A DNA stretch of 64,000 bases from an uncultured Bacteriovoracaceae bacterium (GCA_937952285.1 CALFZE010000048.1:3320-67319); one strand, 5' to 3'. Shown: positions 26,017 through 35,937, numbered from the stretch's first letter. Made by a program: numbers and translations. The notes: generated from the letters alone by a model not told the origin.

Positions 26017-26744
26017 CGTCGCACCTCGCGAAGAAAATCTTGGGTGAGCGTCGTCGCGCTCGTTCGGATCGAGTCCGGCGTGCCTTCGTCGACGACCCGG
26101 CCGGCGTCGAGCACGACGATACGATCGGCCGTCTTGAGCGCGTTCTCCATGTCGTGCGAAACGACGATGGCCGTCTTGCCGAGTTTGCGCGAGACGTCGC
26201 GGATGAGTTGGTGCACCTGGCGCGAGGTCGCGGGATCGAGGCCGGTCGTCGGCTCGTCGTAGAGGACGTAGGCCGGGTCGACGAGCAGCGTGCGGGCGAG
26301 GGCGAGTCGCTTCTGTTCCCCGTAGCTGAGCTGCGGCGGGTAGCGCTCGGCCATGCGGTCGGCCAAGGCCTCGAGCCCCACTTCGGGCAGCATCCGGCGC
26401 GCGGCCTCGATCTGCTCGCGGAGCGGCTTCGTGCGGATGCCGAAGGTGACGTTCTCGAAGACCGTGCGCGAATCGAGGAGCGCGGGCAGTTGAAAGACGA
26501 GCCCGCACTTGCGCCGCACGGGCCCGAACCCCGCTTCGTCGAGTTGGGTGATGTCTTGCCCGTCGAGGACGATGCGTCCGCGGTCGCAGCGCAGGAGGCC
26601 GACGAGGTGCTTGAGCATGACGCTCTTGCCCGTGCCGGAACGGCCGAGCGCGAAGAGGATCTCGCCGCGCTCGACCCGAAGGTTGAGCCCGTTCAGGACC
26701 GTTTTCGGCCCGAAGCGCTTGTGGACGTCCTCGAAAAGAATCAC
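26013..26744 (-). CDS. ABC transporter ATP-binding protein, MlaF-like (consensus NBD)
   Basis: Walker A GRSGTGKS, Q-loop, LSYGEQKRLALAR signature, Walker B LYDEPTTGLD, H-loop VVSHD. Confidence 0.75.
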   Translation of the reverse strand: MILFEDVHKRFGPKTVLNGLNLRVERGEILFALGRSGTGKSVMLKHLVGLLRCDRGRIVLDGQDITQLDEAGFGPVRRKCGLVFQLPALLDSRTVFENVTFGIRTKPLREQIEAARRMLPEVGLEALADRMAERYPPQLSYGEQKRLALARTLLVDPAYVLYDEPTTGLDPATSRQVHQLIRDVSRKLGKTAIVVSHDMENALKTADRIVVLDAGRVVDEGTPDSIRTSATTLTQDFLREVRR

Positions 26745-27463
26745 AGGAAGATCCTTCCGAGCTCTTCGTGCCGCGGCGAGCCCGGCGAGTGAAGCTCGCG
26801 GTCGGCGAGAAAGTGGATGTTCGGTCCCCAGTCGCGCGCGCGATCCGGGTCGTTCGTGACGATGACGATGAGTCCGTCGAGGCCGCGCAGGAGCTCCTTC
26901 ACGAGCTCGGCCATCTGCCGCGAAGTGATCGGATCAAGTCCGGCCGTGGGATCGTCCAGGAAGATGAGCGTCGGCTTGAGCATGAGGCAGCGGGCGATCG
27001 ACAGGCGCTTCTGCATGCCCCCGGAAAGCTCGTGGGGGAAAAGCGGGGCGGCGGCCTCGAGCCCGACTTTCGCGAGCCAGGATTGTGCGAGTTCGCGCCG
27101 CTCGCTTTCGGGAGTTGAAGGATGGCGGCAGCGGTGGGGAAAGGTCAGGTTCTCGATGACGCGAAGCGATCCGAAGAGCGCGTTGTTCTGGAAGGCGAAA
27201 CCGATCTCGGCCAGCAGGCCGGCGTCTTGCGCGTAGCCCTCCCGCGCCCACAGCGGACGTCCGTTCAGGAGCAGCCGGCCGCGCCGCGGCTTCCACACGC
27301 CGCCCAAGGTCTTGAGCAAAGAAGATTTGCCGCCGCCCGACGAGCCCATGACGACGTGCACGCCCGGTCCGCGCCACGCGAGGCTCACGTTTTCGAAAAG
27401 CCACGGCGTCAGGAGTTCCTGCCCTTGGCTTTGCGCGATGGCTTCGGTTTCGATCGAAATCAC
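26741..27463 (-). CDS. ABC transporter ATP-binding protein, MlaF-like paralogue with degenerate H-loop
   Basis: Walker A GSSGGGKSS, LSGGMQKRLSIAR, Walker B IFLDDPTAGLD. The switch His is replaced (IVIVTNDPD). 4-nt overlap with the downstream ATPase. Confidence 0.7.
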   Translation of the reverse strand: MISIETEAIAQSQGQELLTPWLFENVSLAWRGPGVHVVMGSSGGGKSSLLKTLGGVWKPRRGRLLLNGRPLWAREGYAQDAGLLAEIGFAFQNNALFGSLRVIENLTFPHRCRHPSTPESERRELAQSWLAKVGLEAAAPLFPHELSGGMQKRLSIARCLMLKPTLIFLDDPTAGLDPITSRQMAELVKELLRGLDGLIVIVTNDPDRARDWGPNIHFLADRELHSPGSPRHEELGRIFL

Positions 27464-27540
27464 TTACCCCCAGTATGAGCGAGGGAATTGACGCAAAACA
27501 GATCTTGGCCGATCACGTCTTTGACGCTAGGGTTTTAGCC

Positions 27541-28689
27541 ATGTCCACACCTACGATTTTCCGTGAAGCTATCGACAAAGGCCTTGAGGGTATCGTCGCC
27601 TGCACGACGCGTATCAGCAGCATCCAGGGGAACACCCTGACGTATCGCGGTTACGCGATCGAGGATCTGGCCGAAAACTCGAATTTCGAAGAAACGATCT
27701 GGCTGCTTTGGAACGACCGCCTCCCGACGGCCGCCGAGCTGGAAGGCTTCCGCAAGGAGCTCTTTGCCGCCTCGCGCCTCGAACCCGAAGTCAAAGAGCT
27801 CATGAAGACGCTCCAGCAGGCGGCGAACTCGAAGACGCATCCGATGGACTACCTGCGGACGGTCGTTTCGACCCTTTCGCTTCGCGATCCCGAGGTCGCC
27901 GACAACTCGGAAGCCGCCCTTCGCCGCAAATCCCTTCGCTTGACCGCGCAGATCTCCTCGATTGTCGGCGCCTACGAGCGGGTCCGCAAGGGCCAACCCC
28001 TCGTGGAACCCGTCGAAGGCAAGGGCCTCGCTTGGAACTTGCTCTGGCAGATGTTCGGCAAGGAGCCGACGGCCGACCACGTCAAGATCATGGACACGGC
28101 CCTCATCCTGCACGCCGATCACGAGATCAATTGCAGCGCCTTCTCGGCCCGCGTGACGGCTTCGAGCCTGAGCGATCTGCACTCGGCCGTCGTTTCGGCC
28201 ATCGGCACGCTGAAGGGTCCCTTGCACGGCGGCGCCAACGAAGCCGTCATCAAGATGCTCAAGGAGATCGGCACGATCGACAAAGCCAAGACCTACGTCG
28301 AGCAAGCCCTCGAAGGGAAGCAGAAGGTCATGGGCATCGGTCACCGCGTCTACAAGAACGGCGACCCCCGCGCCAAGATCCTCCGCAAGATCAGCGAACG
28401 CATCACGAAGGAAGCCGGACAACCCGAGCTTTACGAGATGAGCGTGCTGATCGATGACACGATGCTCGAGAAGAAGGGCCTCATGCCGAACGTCGATTTC
28501 TATTCGGCCTCGGTTTACCACTGCATGGGCCTGCCGCATGACCTCTTCACCCCCCTCTTCGCGGCGAGCCGCATCGCGGGATGGTGCGCGCACGTGATCG
28601 AGCAGTTGGCCGCCAACCGGATTTACCGTCCACGGGGCGAGTATGCCGGCCGCACGGACCTCGTCTGGAAACCTATCGCGTCGCGCTAA
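27541..28689 (+). CDS. gltA: Citrate synthase (type I, short form)
   Basis: GLEGIVACTT...TYRGY N-terminus like CitZ. Catalytic region GPLHGGANE and H at GIGHRVYKNGDPRA. Start set at the internal ATG (MSTPTIF...) by comparison with short citrate synthases. Upstream ATG at 27475 is the alternative. Confidence 0.8.
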   Translation: MSTPTIFREAIDKGLEGIVACTTRISSIQGNTLTYRGYAIEDLAENSNFEETIWLLWNDRLPTAAELEGFRKELFAASRLEPEVKELMKTLQQAANSKTHPMDYLRTVVSTLSLRDPEVADNSEAALRRKSLRLTAQISSIVGAYERVRKGQPLVEPVEGKGLAWNLLWQMFGKEPTADHVKIMDTALILHADHEINCSAFSARVTASSLSDLHSAVVSAIGTLKGPLHGGANEAVIKMLKEIGTIDKAKTYVEQALEGKQKVMGIGHRVYKNGDPRAKILRKISERITKEAGQPELYEMSVLIDDTMLEKKGLMPNVDFYSASVYHCMGLPHDLFTPLFAASRIAGWCAHVIEQLAANRIYRPRGEYAGRTDLVWKPIASR

Positions 28690-28707
28690 ATCGTCTTCGC
28701 TTCGGAT

Positions 28708-28752
28708 AAACGGGGGCTTTCGCGAAAACGCGAAAGCACCCGTTTCTTTTTG
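28708..28752 (+). terminator. Rho-independent terminator after citrate synthase
   Basis: Long hairpin aaacggg-g-gctttcgcg-aaaa-cgcgaaagc-a-cccgttt, followed by CTTTTTG. Confidence 0.65.
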
Positions 28753-28794
28753 TCCGCTCAAGTTTTCTTTCGTTTAAGTCGAAAGAGGCTTGTG

Positions 28795-29937
28795 ATGAAG
28801 GCGTTCCGCCAAGTCGGTTTGCTCGTATTCTTGGCGTTGGCCGCCTTGGGATTCGTGTACTTCGGCCCGGTCGAATACACGGGCGTCGTGACCCGTACGG
28901 ACTTCTATCGCTATTATCTCGGCCCGCACCTGGATCGTTTCATGTCGTTGACCGGGCAGGGCAGTCTCACGATCGCCTACCTTTTTGATTCGGAAGGCTC
29001 GGTGGATTTCACGCCGGGCAACGATACGGTGACTTTGCCCGCTCGCCCCGGCCAGCGCTTTTCGCGCCGCACGACGGTGTCGACCTCCTCGCGTTCGCGC
29101 GCCGTCATCGCGCTCGTGGACGACTCCAAGGTCACGCTCGAAGCGAACTCGACGATCCTGCTCGATATTCCCACCGACGACAGCACCGAAGCGCTAACCC
29201 TTAAGGTCTTGGGCGGTAGCGTGACGGCCGAGCGTTCGGCCACTTCGACGACGCAGATTACGATCGTGTCTCCCAAGGGCGTCGCGAAAGAACTGACGCA
29301 AGCGAAACTGGCCGTCGTGACGACGAAAGCCGCGCCCGGCGCGGCGGATGTCGCGAAGGATTCGCAGGAATTCTTCGGCACGCCCGAAGAGCCCCTCGAG
29401 GCGATTCAATCCAAGCTCGCGACCGCGCGTCGCGAAGAACTCCAGAACGCCGACACGGGCTTCGAAGCCGTCGCCGATGCCGAAGAGCAAGCGCGTGCGG
29501 CCGAAGCGGCACGGGCGCCGGCGTCCGAAGCCGAAGCGGTTCCCGTCGAGCCCGAACGGCCGACCTCCTTCGCGCCCCGTCGCAAGGCGGCGTCGATCCG
29601 TTGGGCACCGCCTCCCGAAGGCAACGATCTCTCGCAGGCGTTCTTTGCCGAGCGTGCCGGTCGCAAAGACGATTCCAAGCGTCTCATGGCGCGCGCCCTC
29701 ACGAAGCCGGGTTACCAAGGCGAGGGCTTCAGCGAGTCGACGCGCGTCGCGCTCGATGGTCTCCTCCGCGGCTACGTCGAGAACGGCGACGCTCGCCTGG
29801 CGCAAGAAACCCTGCGGAACGCCAAAGAGACCTACGGTCACGACGCGGCCGCGCAGGATTGGCTGCGCGAATGGGATCGGCGACTGGGATCATCGTCCTC
29901 CTCGCGCGTTCCCGCCAGCGTCAAACCCGGCCGCTAG
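28795..29937 (+). CDS. Hypothetical membrane-anchored protein (possible FecR-like beta-domain, Ala/Glu-rich linker, helical C-terminus)
   Basis: AAAGAGG RBS 6 nt before the ATG. N-terminal TM MKAFRQVGLLVFLALAALGFVYF. Middle segment resembles FecR-type beta strands (VTLEANSTILLDI...LTLKVLGGSVTAE). Confidence 0.4.
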   Translation: MKAFRQVGLLVFLALAALGFVYFGPVEYTGVVTRTDFYRYYLGPHLDRFMSLTGQGSLTIAYLFDSEGSVDFTPGNDTVTLPARPGQRFSRRTTVSTSSRSRAVIALVDDSKVTLEANSTILLDIPTDDSTEALTLKVLGGSVTAERSATSTTQITIVSPKGVAKELTQAKLAVVTTKAAPGAADVAKDSQEFFGTPEEPLEAIQSKLATARREELQNADTGFEAVADAEEQARAAEAARAPASEAEAVPVEPERPTSFAPRRKAASIRWAPPPEGNDLSQAFFAERAGRKDDSKRLMARALTKPGYQGEGFSESTRVALDGLLRGYVENGDARLAQETLRNAKETYGHDAAAQDWLREWDRRLGSSSSSRVPASVKPGR

Positions 29938-30000
29938 TCGAAGCGAAATCCCGGGGCCTCGTAGAGAACTCGGGATCGCATGTTATACTGATTTGAATTC

Positions 30001-31122
30001 ATGGGGAATTTTCGGCGTAGCATCGGAGCGTTCGCGATGGCTTTCGCGGCTCCGGTCGCGGCCCAAACGCACTTGCAAAAGTTTTCGATCGATAAGCTGA
30101 GTTTCCAGTATCGATCGGTCGAAACGCCCAAGCTTCCTCGCTGTCTGCATTGGAATCCGCTCGATTCCGACGCCGCTCCGACCACGCTCCAGTACGACCA
30201 AGAGGGGCGTCCTTTCCTGAAGGTCCCGATCACCGCTTTGCAGTCCTCGCCGAACTGCGCGATCCGCGTGGTCGGCGAAGGCTTGGACGAGATCCCTGCG
30301 GGGGAAGGTCCGGGTGAGCGTCGGTTTATCGCGACCGTGCGTCCGCCGGTTTCCGTGCTGAAGGTCGAGGGTCCCGGTTTCCGTGACGACTTGATCTTCG
30401 AGGCGCCGCTGAGGTCTTTCACGAGCTCGAACTTCTTCGAGTTCTTCGGCCGTTCGAAGGTCTACTTCGAATCGCGTTACGCTTCGTTCAATACGAACAA
30501 CCCCGATCGCCCGCTCGATTCGCCGGTCGTGCTGTTGCCGGTCTTCGGCGGAAACATCGCGCTTCCCGTGCCCGCCGTGAGCTTTCTTTTCGTCGGCTTC
30601 TCGATGTTCCAGAACCTCGGGAGCCTGATTCCGAACGCGGACGTCGGACTTCAATACAGCGAGTTCGCGTTCGATCTGAGGGCCATCTACCGCGGCTCCG
30701 AGAGCTGGGGCGCTCCCACGATCGGGCTTATGGGCGAGTTCCGCGGCCGTAACGTCTACCAGATCGGCGCCCAACGCTCCTTCGTCATCGCGGCCGCCGC
30801 GTTGCCGTACGCCGGCTTCGAGGCAAGCTGGTTCCCCTTCGGCGCCTTCCTGGATTGGAATCATTGGCTTTCGCGTCTCGGGGTCGAGGTCGCCGGGCAC
30901 TTGGCCCTTCAGCGTCAGCTCGCGGGCCGTCCCTTCCGATCGGATTTCTACGAAGGCCTGCTGCAATACCGTCTTTCGAGCAAGTGGGCTTTGGGCGTGG
31001 GTTACTCGCTCATCCGCCAGTCCGCGGATTTCTCGGACGCCGGCTTCGGGTCCATCGAGGAAACCGCGAAGAACTACTTTCTTCGCTTGAGCCTGCTTCC
31101 GCGGGCGTCGGAGTCGCGATGA
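30001..31122 (+). CDS. Secreted / probable outer-membrane protein (hypothetical)
   Basis: Signal peptide ...AFAAPVAAQT. Alternating aromatic-rich strands. No enzyme motif. Confidence 0.4.
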   Translation: MGNFRRSIGAFAMAFAAPVAAQTHLQKFSIDKLSFQYRSVETPKLPRCLHWNPLDSDAAPTTLQYDQEGRPFLKVPITALQSSPNCAIRVVGEGLDEIPAGEGPGERRFIATVRPPVSVLKVEGPGFRDDLIFEAPLRSFTSSNFFEFFGRSKVYFESRYASFNTNNPDRPLDSPVVLLPVFGGNIALPVPAVSFLFVGFSMFQNLGSLIPNADVGLQYSEFAFDLRAIYRGSESWGAPTIGLMGEFRGRNVYQIGAQRSFVIAAAALPYAGFEASWFPFGAFLDWNHWLSRLGVEVAGHLALQRQLAGRPFRSDFYEGLLQYRLSSKWALGVGYSLIRQSADFSDAGFGSIEETAKNYFLRLSLLPRASESR

Positions 31123-32318
31123 ATCGCTTTGCTTTGGGGTTGGCGGTCGCGTTCTTCTCGAGTTCCGCGCTTGCGCAGATCAAGCCGCGCCAGCGCGTCG
31201 CGCCCCGTCCGCGCGCCGCGCTTCCGGCCCCGCCGGAAAATCAAAACGCCGCCGCGCGGAGCGAAGGGGCCGGAACCGAGCTCGTTTTCCCGAGCGGAAA
31301 AGTCTGGCGTTCGGCCCGTTGGTACGTCGTGGGTCGTTGGCACGCGGCCGACGAAATCGTGTGGCTCGGCGGCGGTCGGACGCGGATTCGGTACGGGAAC
31401 CCGAAATGCGGCAACGTCGAGGGGCTCGGCTTCGTCGCCCGCGCCGAGCGTGCGGGCGATCTCGAGGTCTTGCGTTCCGGCGTTTGGACCCTGATCGAAG
31501 TCAGCCCGAACGTTCAGACCGAGGCGTTCACGTTCTCGGTCCCGGGGGCGGACGCCGATTGCCGTCGCGAGGCCAAGGTGACCTACGCCTGGTCCGGCGC
31601 CCGGGAAGGCGTGAAGCCTTTGCTCTTCCTTCAGCCCGCCAACAATCGCTACTTCGGCGCCACTTTTCACGTTCGTCCCGACATCCCGGCCGAGAAGGCG
31701 GATATCCAGTTGGATCTTCTCCTCGGCGGAGCCAAGGGTAAGTTTCCGAACGCCGACACCGCGAACGGGGCGAGCTCGAGTTTTTACCTGGCCCCCATGG
31801 CGATCGCGCGCGGCGAGTGGCTGTTGCCGTTCTTTCGCGACGTCGGTCTGAACCTGGGCCTCGAGCAAACCGTCGCGAACTTCGGGGGCGCTCCGCTTCA
31901 GAACGTCTTCTTCTCGGATTGGAACGTCGGCGCCTTCTACCAACGCCTCTTGCCCGTCGCGAACGGCTTCCTGCTCCGCGGCGGTTTCAAGTTTCACAAT
32001 CACGTCGCCGACGACAACAAAGAGCTTCGCTCGCTCGCCGACTCCGGCGTCGAGTCCAAGGGCTTCCTGCTCGGCGCTTCGGCGACTCTCTACTTCGCGG
32101 ACGCTTGGCTCGTGGGCGCGGACTTCGATTACGGTTTGCCGAGCAGCATGGCGGGCCGTGGAAAATCGTCCATGATGGATTTCACCGGGCGCTTCGGTTT
32201 GAGGGTAACCGGTTTTCTCTACCTGCTGGGCGAGCTCGGTTACCGTACTTACGCGAACGAAGCGATGAACACGGATTCGCTGCTGCGTTTCTCGGGCGGC
32301 CTTCGCTTCGATCTCTAA
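31119..32318 (+). CDS. Secreted / probable outer-membrane beta-barrel protein (hypothetical)
   Basis: ATG overlaps the previous stop (ATGA). Signal peptide MNRFALGLAVAFFSSSALAQ. Gly/aromatic-rich amphipathic strands (GADFDYGLPSS..., LRVTGFLYLLGELGYRTYANE). Confidence 0.4.
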   Translation: MNRFALGLAVAFFSSSALAQIKPRQRVAPRPRAALPAPPENQNAAARSEGAGTELVFPSGKVWRSARWYVVGRWHAADEIVWLGGGRTRIRYGNPKCGNVEGLGFVARAERAGDLEVLRSGVWTLIEVSPNVQTEAFTFSVPGADADCRREAKVTYAWSGAREGVKPLLFLQPANNRYFGATFHVRPDIPAEKADIQLDLLLGGAKGKFPNADTANGASSSFYLAPMAIARGEWLLPFFRDVGLNLGLEQTVANFGGAPLQNVFFSDWNVGAFYQRLLPVANGFLLRGGFKFHNHVADDNKELRSLADSGVESKGFLLGASATLYFADAWLVGADFDYGLPSSMAGRGKSSMMDFTGRFGLRVTGFLYLLGELGYRTYANEAMNTDSLLRFSGGLRFDL

Positions 32319-32321
32319 AGT

Positions 32322-33707
32322 TTATTCGCCGAAGAGCGCGAGCCAGTGGCCGAACTGGCGTTCGGCGCGCGCGACCATCTTGGGGCGCTTTTCCTTGTCG
32401 CGCTCGTTGATCTCGCGCAGGGGTACGAGCCCCCAGTTGATGTTCATCGGCTGGAAGTCCGTCACGCGGCCGTTCACGATCGCGTTCGCGAGCGCGCCGA
32501 TCGCGGTCGTGGCCGGGGGCAAAGGCGGTTCGAGTCCGCGCAGGCGAAGCGCGAGCAGACGACCGACGAGCGCGCCGATCGCCGTGCTCTCCAGGTAGCC
32601 CTCGACGCCCGTGATCTGACCCGCGAAGTGGATCGCCGGGAATCCTTTGGCGCGAAAGTTCGCGTCGAGCAGCGTCGGCGATTGGATGTACGTGTTGCGA
32701 TGGAGCGAGCCGAAGCGGAAGAATTCCGCCTTCTCGAGCCCCGGGATCATGCGGAAGATGCGCGCCTGCTCGGGGTACTTGAGCTTGGTTTGGAAGCCGA
32801 CGAGGTTCCACGCGCGTCCTTCCGAGTCTTCCTTGCGGAGTTGGACGACCGCGTAGGGCTGCCGGTCCGTGCGGGGATCGCGCAAGCCCACCGGCTTCAT
32901 CGGCCCGAAGGCGAGAGTGCGGTCACCCTTTTCGAGCAGGGCTTCGATCGGTTGGCAGCCCTGGAAGTAAACGAGTTTCTCGAAGTCGTGCGAGGGGACT
33001 TTCTCCGCCGCTTTCAACGCCTCGATGAAGCGCGTGTACTCTTCCTCGCTGAACGGGCAGTTGAGGTAGTCGCCTTCGGCGCCTTCCTCGGTTCCTTTGT
33101 CGTAGCGGTTCTGCGCGAAGGCGATCGATCGGTCGATCGAAGTCCCGTCCACGATCGGGGCGATGGCGTCGTAGAAATAGAGGCGATCGCCGGTGATTTT
33201 CTTGAGGGACTCGGCCAGGTCGGACGAGGTCAGCGGCCCCGTCGCGATGACGACGGGTTTGAGTCCCTTCGGGCCCGTGACCATGAGCTCCTCGAAGTTC
33301 GTCGCGGGCGTACGCACGATCTCGAGCTTGGCGTTGGATTCGAGGGCCTTCGTGATCCCTTCGCTGAAACGGTGGCGATCCACGGCCAGGGCTTGGCCGG
33401 CGGGAACGCGGGCGGCGTAGGCGCACTTGAGCACGAGCGAGTCGAGCCGCTCGAGCTCCATTTTGAGGAGCTGCGGCGCGGATTCGGGATCCGTCGACTT
33501 GAGGCTGTTGCTGCACACGAGCTCGCCGAGTTGGGAGCCGGTATGGGCCTCGGTCGATCGAACGGGACGCTGCTCGACGAGTTGGACGCGGAAGCCTTGG
33601 CGCAGCAACTGCCAAGCGCATTCCGATCCGGCCAGCCCGCCTCCGACCACGATAACGTCGGCGGACGAGGATTTGAGGGTGTTGCTGAGCGACTGGGTTC
33701 TGGCCAT
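32322..33707 (-). CDS. trmFO: Methylenetetrahydrofolate--tRNA-(uracil54-C5)-methyltransferase TrmFO (Gid)
   Basis: FAD-binding N-terminus DVIVVGGGLAGSECAWQL. Full-length similarity pattern of TrmFO/GidA-related proteins (GQITGVEGYLESTAIGALVG). Start at the internal ATG. Confidence 0.8.
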   Translation of the reverse strand: MARTQSLSNTLKSSSADVIVVGGGLAGSECAWQLLRQGFRVQLVEQRPVRSTEAHTGSQLGELVCSNSLKSTDPESAPQLLKMELERLDSLVLKCAYAARVPAGQALAVDRHRFSEGITKALESNAKLEIVRTPATNFEELMVTGPKGLKPVVIATGPLTSSDLAESLKKITGDRLYFYDAIAPIVDGTSIDRSIAFAQNRYDKGTEEGAEGDYLNCPFSEEEYTRFIEALKAAEKVPSHDFEKLVYFQGCQPIEALLEKGDRTLAFGPMKPVGLRDPRTDRQPYAVVQLRKEDSEGRAWNLVGFQTKLKYPEQARIFRMIPGLEKAEFFRFGSLHRNTYIQSPTLLDANFRAKGFPAIHFAGQITGVEGYLESTAIGALVGRLLALRLRGLEPPLPPATTAIGALANAIVNGRVTDFQPMNINWGLVPLREINERDKEKRPKMVARAERQFGHWLALFGE

Positions 33708-33724
33708 GGGAGAGTAGGTTCGAG

Positions 33725-34726
33725 TTGATACCTTACGAAACCCTGGAGTACAACGACGGGGTGCAAAGGCTGACAAAAGGACAGGAGATCAAAGAACTCT
33801 TTGTTTTTCTTTCGGTTTTTGCGCTTTTTTTGATCGCGGCCCAAGGCTTCCTGAATCTTGTCTCTTCGACCTTCGGGCTTCCGCCGTCGCTTTTTGAACG
33901 ACTTTCCTTCGATAACGAGCTTCTCGTTCAGGTCGTTGGCCTCTTTTTGGCCATTTTCGCTCTCCGCTTCGTTTCGAGCCCGCGCCCGAAGGAATGGCGC
34001 CAGTGGGCTCGCTTCGAGAGCTTCGGGAAGGGCGTGTTCGTGAGCCGCGAGGACTTTGGCGGGCGACTTTACCAAAGCCTTTTCAACGGGTTTCTGGTGG
34101 CGAGCTTCCTCATGGCGCTCATGAGTCTCTTGGGTCATTCGACGATCGAGCGCGCCAGCTGGGACTGGGGCAGCTTCTTCGTGGCCCTGCCGCGAGCCGT
34201 GGGGCAGCTCGCGGTCTTGTTCCTTTGGATTTTCGCGCGCCTGCTCGCCCGTTCGCGCCTGCGGCAAGTCCTCATGGGGCATTTCGGTCGCGACGGCGGC
34301 GACGACCTTGCCGCGCGCCTGCTCCTGATCGGCTTCGAGAGCGTCCTGCTCTTCCGGGTTTTTCAGTCGGACGAAGACATGGTCGCGCGTCTCGTGACTT
34401 ATCTCGTTTGCGCCCTCATGGCGGCGGCCTTCCAGATTTGGGAAGAAGGCGTGCCGGCGCCCTTGCGGCTTCGCCGCGCTTGGAGTCTGGCCGGTTTTGA
34501 GACGGGTCTCTTGGTCACGCTTTTCCACATCTACGGCTTCCCGCGCGGGATGCTGCGCTTGGAGTCCGTTTTCCTCGTTTTTCCAGGCCCCCAGGCCGAT
34601 CGGTGGGGCTGGATGGCGCAGGGAAGCCTGCCCAGTCAGTTCGTTTTCGTGGCCTTCATGATTTTTGCGACCTACCTCTTGGCGCGTCGTGCCTTACGGC
34701 GTCGTTCTAACCGCTTGATATATTGA
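33725..34726 (+). CDS. Hypothetical polytopic membrane protein
   Basis: Multiple hydrophobic helices, no recognisable family. Divergent from trmFO. Confidence 0.35.
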   Translation: MIPYETLEYNDGVQRLTKGQEIKELFVFLSVFALFLIAAQGFLNLVSSTFGLPPSLFERLSFDNELLVQVVGLFLAIFALRFVSSPRPKEWRQWARFESFGKGVFVSREDFGGRLYQSLFNGFLVASFLMALMSLLGHSTIERASWDWGSFFVALPRAVGQLAVLFLWIFARLLARSRLRQVLMGHFGRDGGDDLAARLLLIGFESVLLFRVFQSDEDMVARLVTYLVCALMAAAFQIWEEGVPAPLRLRRAWSLAGFETGLLVTLFHIYGFPRGMLRLESVFLVFPGPQADRWGWMAQGSLPSQFVFVAFMIFATYLLARRALRRRSNRLIY

Positions 34727-34793
34727 GTCGTAAGGCGCCTTTTTGGCGCGCCTCGGCTACCCTCGCGGATCCCCCCGTTCTACACTGGAGAGC

Positions 34794-35498
34794 ATGGAAA
34801 CGACTCTCGTGAATCCGAACGCGTTCGAAATGGCTCTCGGCACCGGTCCGGTCGTGAAGGGGGTGTTGATCATCCTCATCGCCTGCTCCGTGCTTTCGTG
34901 GACGGTCATCTTCGCCAAAATCTTCACCTTCCGCCAAGCCCGTCGTGAGTCGGACAGCTTCTTGGATCTGTTCTGGAACGCGAAATCGTTGGAATCGATC
35001 TTCGCGGAGTCGAAGGGATTTCAGTCGAGTCCCGTCTCGAACGTTTTCCGCTCGGGTTACCTCGAGTTCCAGAAGCTCGCCGCCAAGGGACAAGAGGCCG
35101 GCGGCGACAAAGCTTCGAACATGATCGGATCGGGACTCGAGAACGTGCAGCGCGCGCTCCGCAAAGCCGCGACGACGGAAATGCTTCGGCTCGAGAAAGC
35201 GGTACCCTACCTCGCGACGATCGCTTCGGTCGCGCCGTTCATCGGTCTCTTCGGTACCGTGTGGGGCATCATGGATAGTTTCCAAGGCCTCTCGACGGGC
35301 GGACCCGCGACCTTGCAGCGCGTGGCGCCCGGCATCTCGGAAGCGCTCATCGCGACGGCCGTCGGTTTGGCGGCGGCCATCCCGGCCGTCGTCGCCTACA
35401 ACCAATACGTGAACCGGATGAAGGGGTTCCGCGCCGAAGTCGACAGCTTCGCCTCGGACTTCACGAACATCCTCAAGCGTAACTACCTCAACGGGTGA
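34794..35498 (+). CDS. tolQ: TolQ (MotA/TolQ/ExbB proton-channel family)
   Basis: Three-TM topology. Conserved C-terminal region PYLATIASVAPFIGLFGTVWGIMDSF...ALIATAVGLAAAIPAVVAYN. Confidence 0.75.
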   Translation: METTLVNPNAFEMALGTGPVVKGVLIILIACSVLSWTVIFAKIFTFRQARRESDSFLDLFWNAKSLESIFAESKGFQSSPVSNVFRSGYLEFQKLAAKGQEAGGDKASNMIGSGLENVQRALRKAATTEMLRLEKAVPYLATIASVAPFIGLFGTVWGIMDSFQGLSTGGPATLQRVAPGISEALIATAVGLAAAIPAVVAYNQYVNRMKGFRAEVDSFASDFTNILKRNYLNG

Positions 35499-35501
35499 AC
35501 G

Positions 35502-35936
35502 ATGGCTTTCAACGTTGGATCCGACGACGGCGGCGGTGATTCCTACTCGGGCCAGCCGATGGCCGAGATCAACATCATTCCGCTCGTCGACGTCATGCTC
35601 GTGTTGCTCATCATCATGATGGTGACGGCGCCGTTCCTCGAGCAGGGCGTGAACGTGAACCTTCCCGTCGCCCAGGGGCAAAGCCTCCGGAAGGAAGTCG
35701 TCGAGGATCCCGTCATCCTCTTCATCGCGAAGGACCGTAACCTACGCTTGGGCTCGATGCCGGTGACGCGCCAAGAGCTCGCGCTTCGCCTGTCCGAAGT
35801 CTTCGGCAAGCGTTCGTCGAAGGAGCTTTTCGTGCGGGCCGATCGCGACGTGCCTTACGGCGAAGTCGCCGAGATCATGGCGCGCATTCAGGCCGCGGGC
35901 GTCGAGAAAGTCGGGCTCGTGACCCAACCGGAGTAA
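35502..35936 (+). CDS. tolR: TolR (ExbD/TolR family)
   Basis: EINIIPLVDVMLVLLIIMMVTAPF single TM plus the ExbD/TolR periplasmic domain. 3 nt after tolQ. Confidence 0.75.
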   Translation: MAFNVGSDDGGGDSYSGQPMAEINIIPLVDVMLVLLIIMMVTAPFLEQGVNVNLPVAQGQSLRKEVVEDPVILFIAKDRNLRLGSMPVTRQELALRLSEVFGKRSSKELFVRADRDVPYGEVAEIMARIQAAGVEKVGLVTQPE

Positions 35937-35937
35937 G

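Noticed and set aside
29938-30000. Promoter (TATACT -10) and hairpin upstream of 30001..31122
   Set aside because: -10-like hexamer without a credible -35. The hairpin has an 18-nt loop. Low confidence, so not listed.
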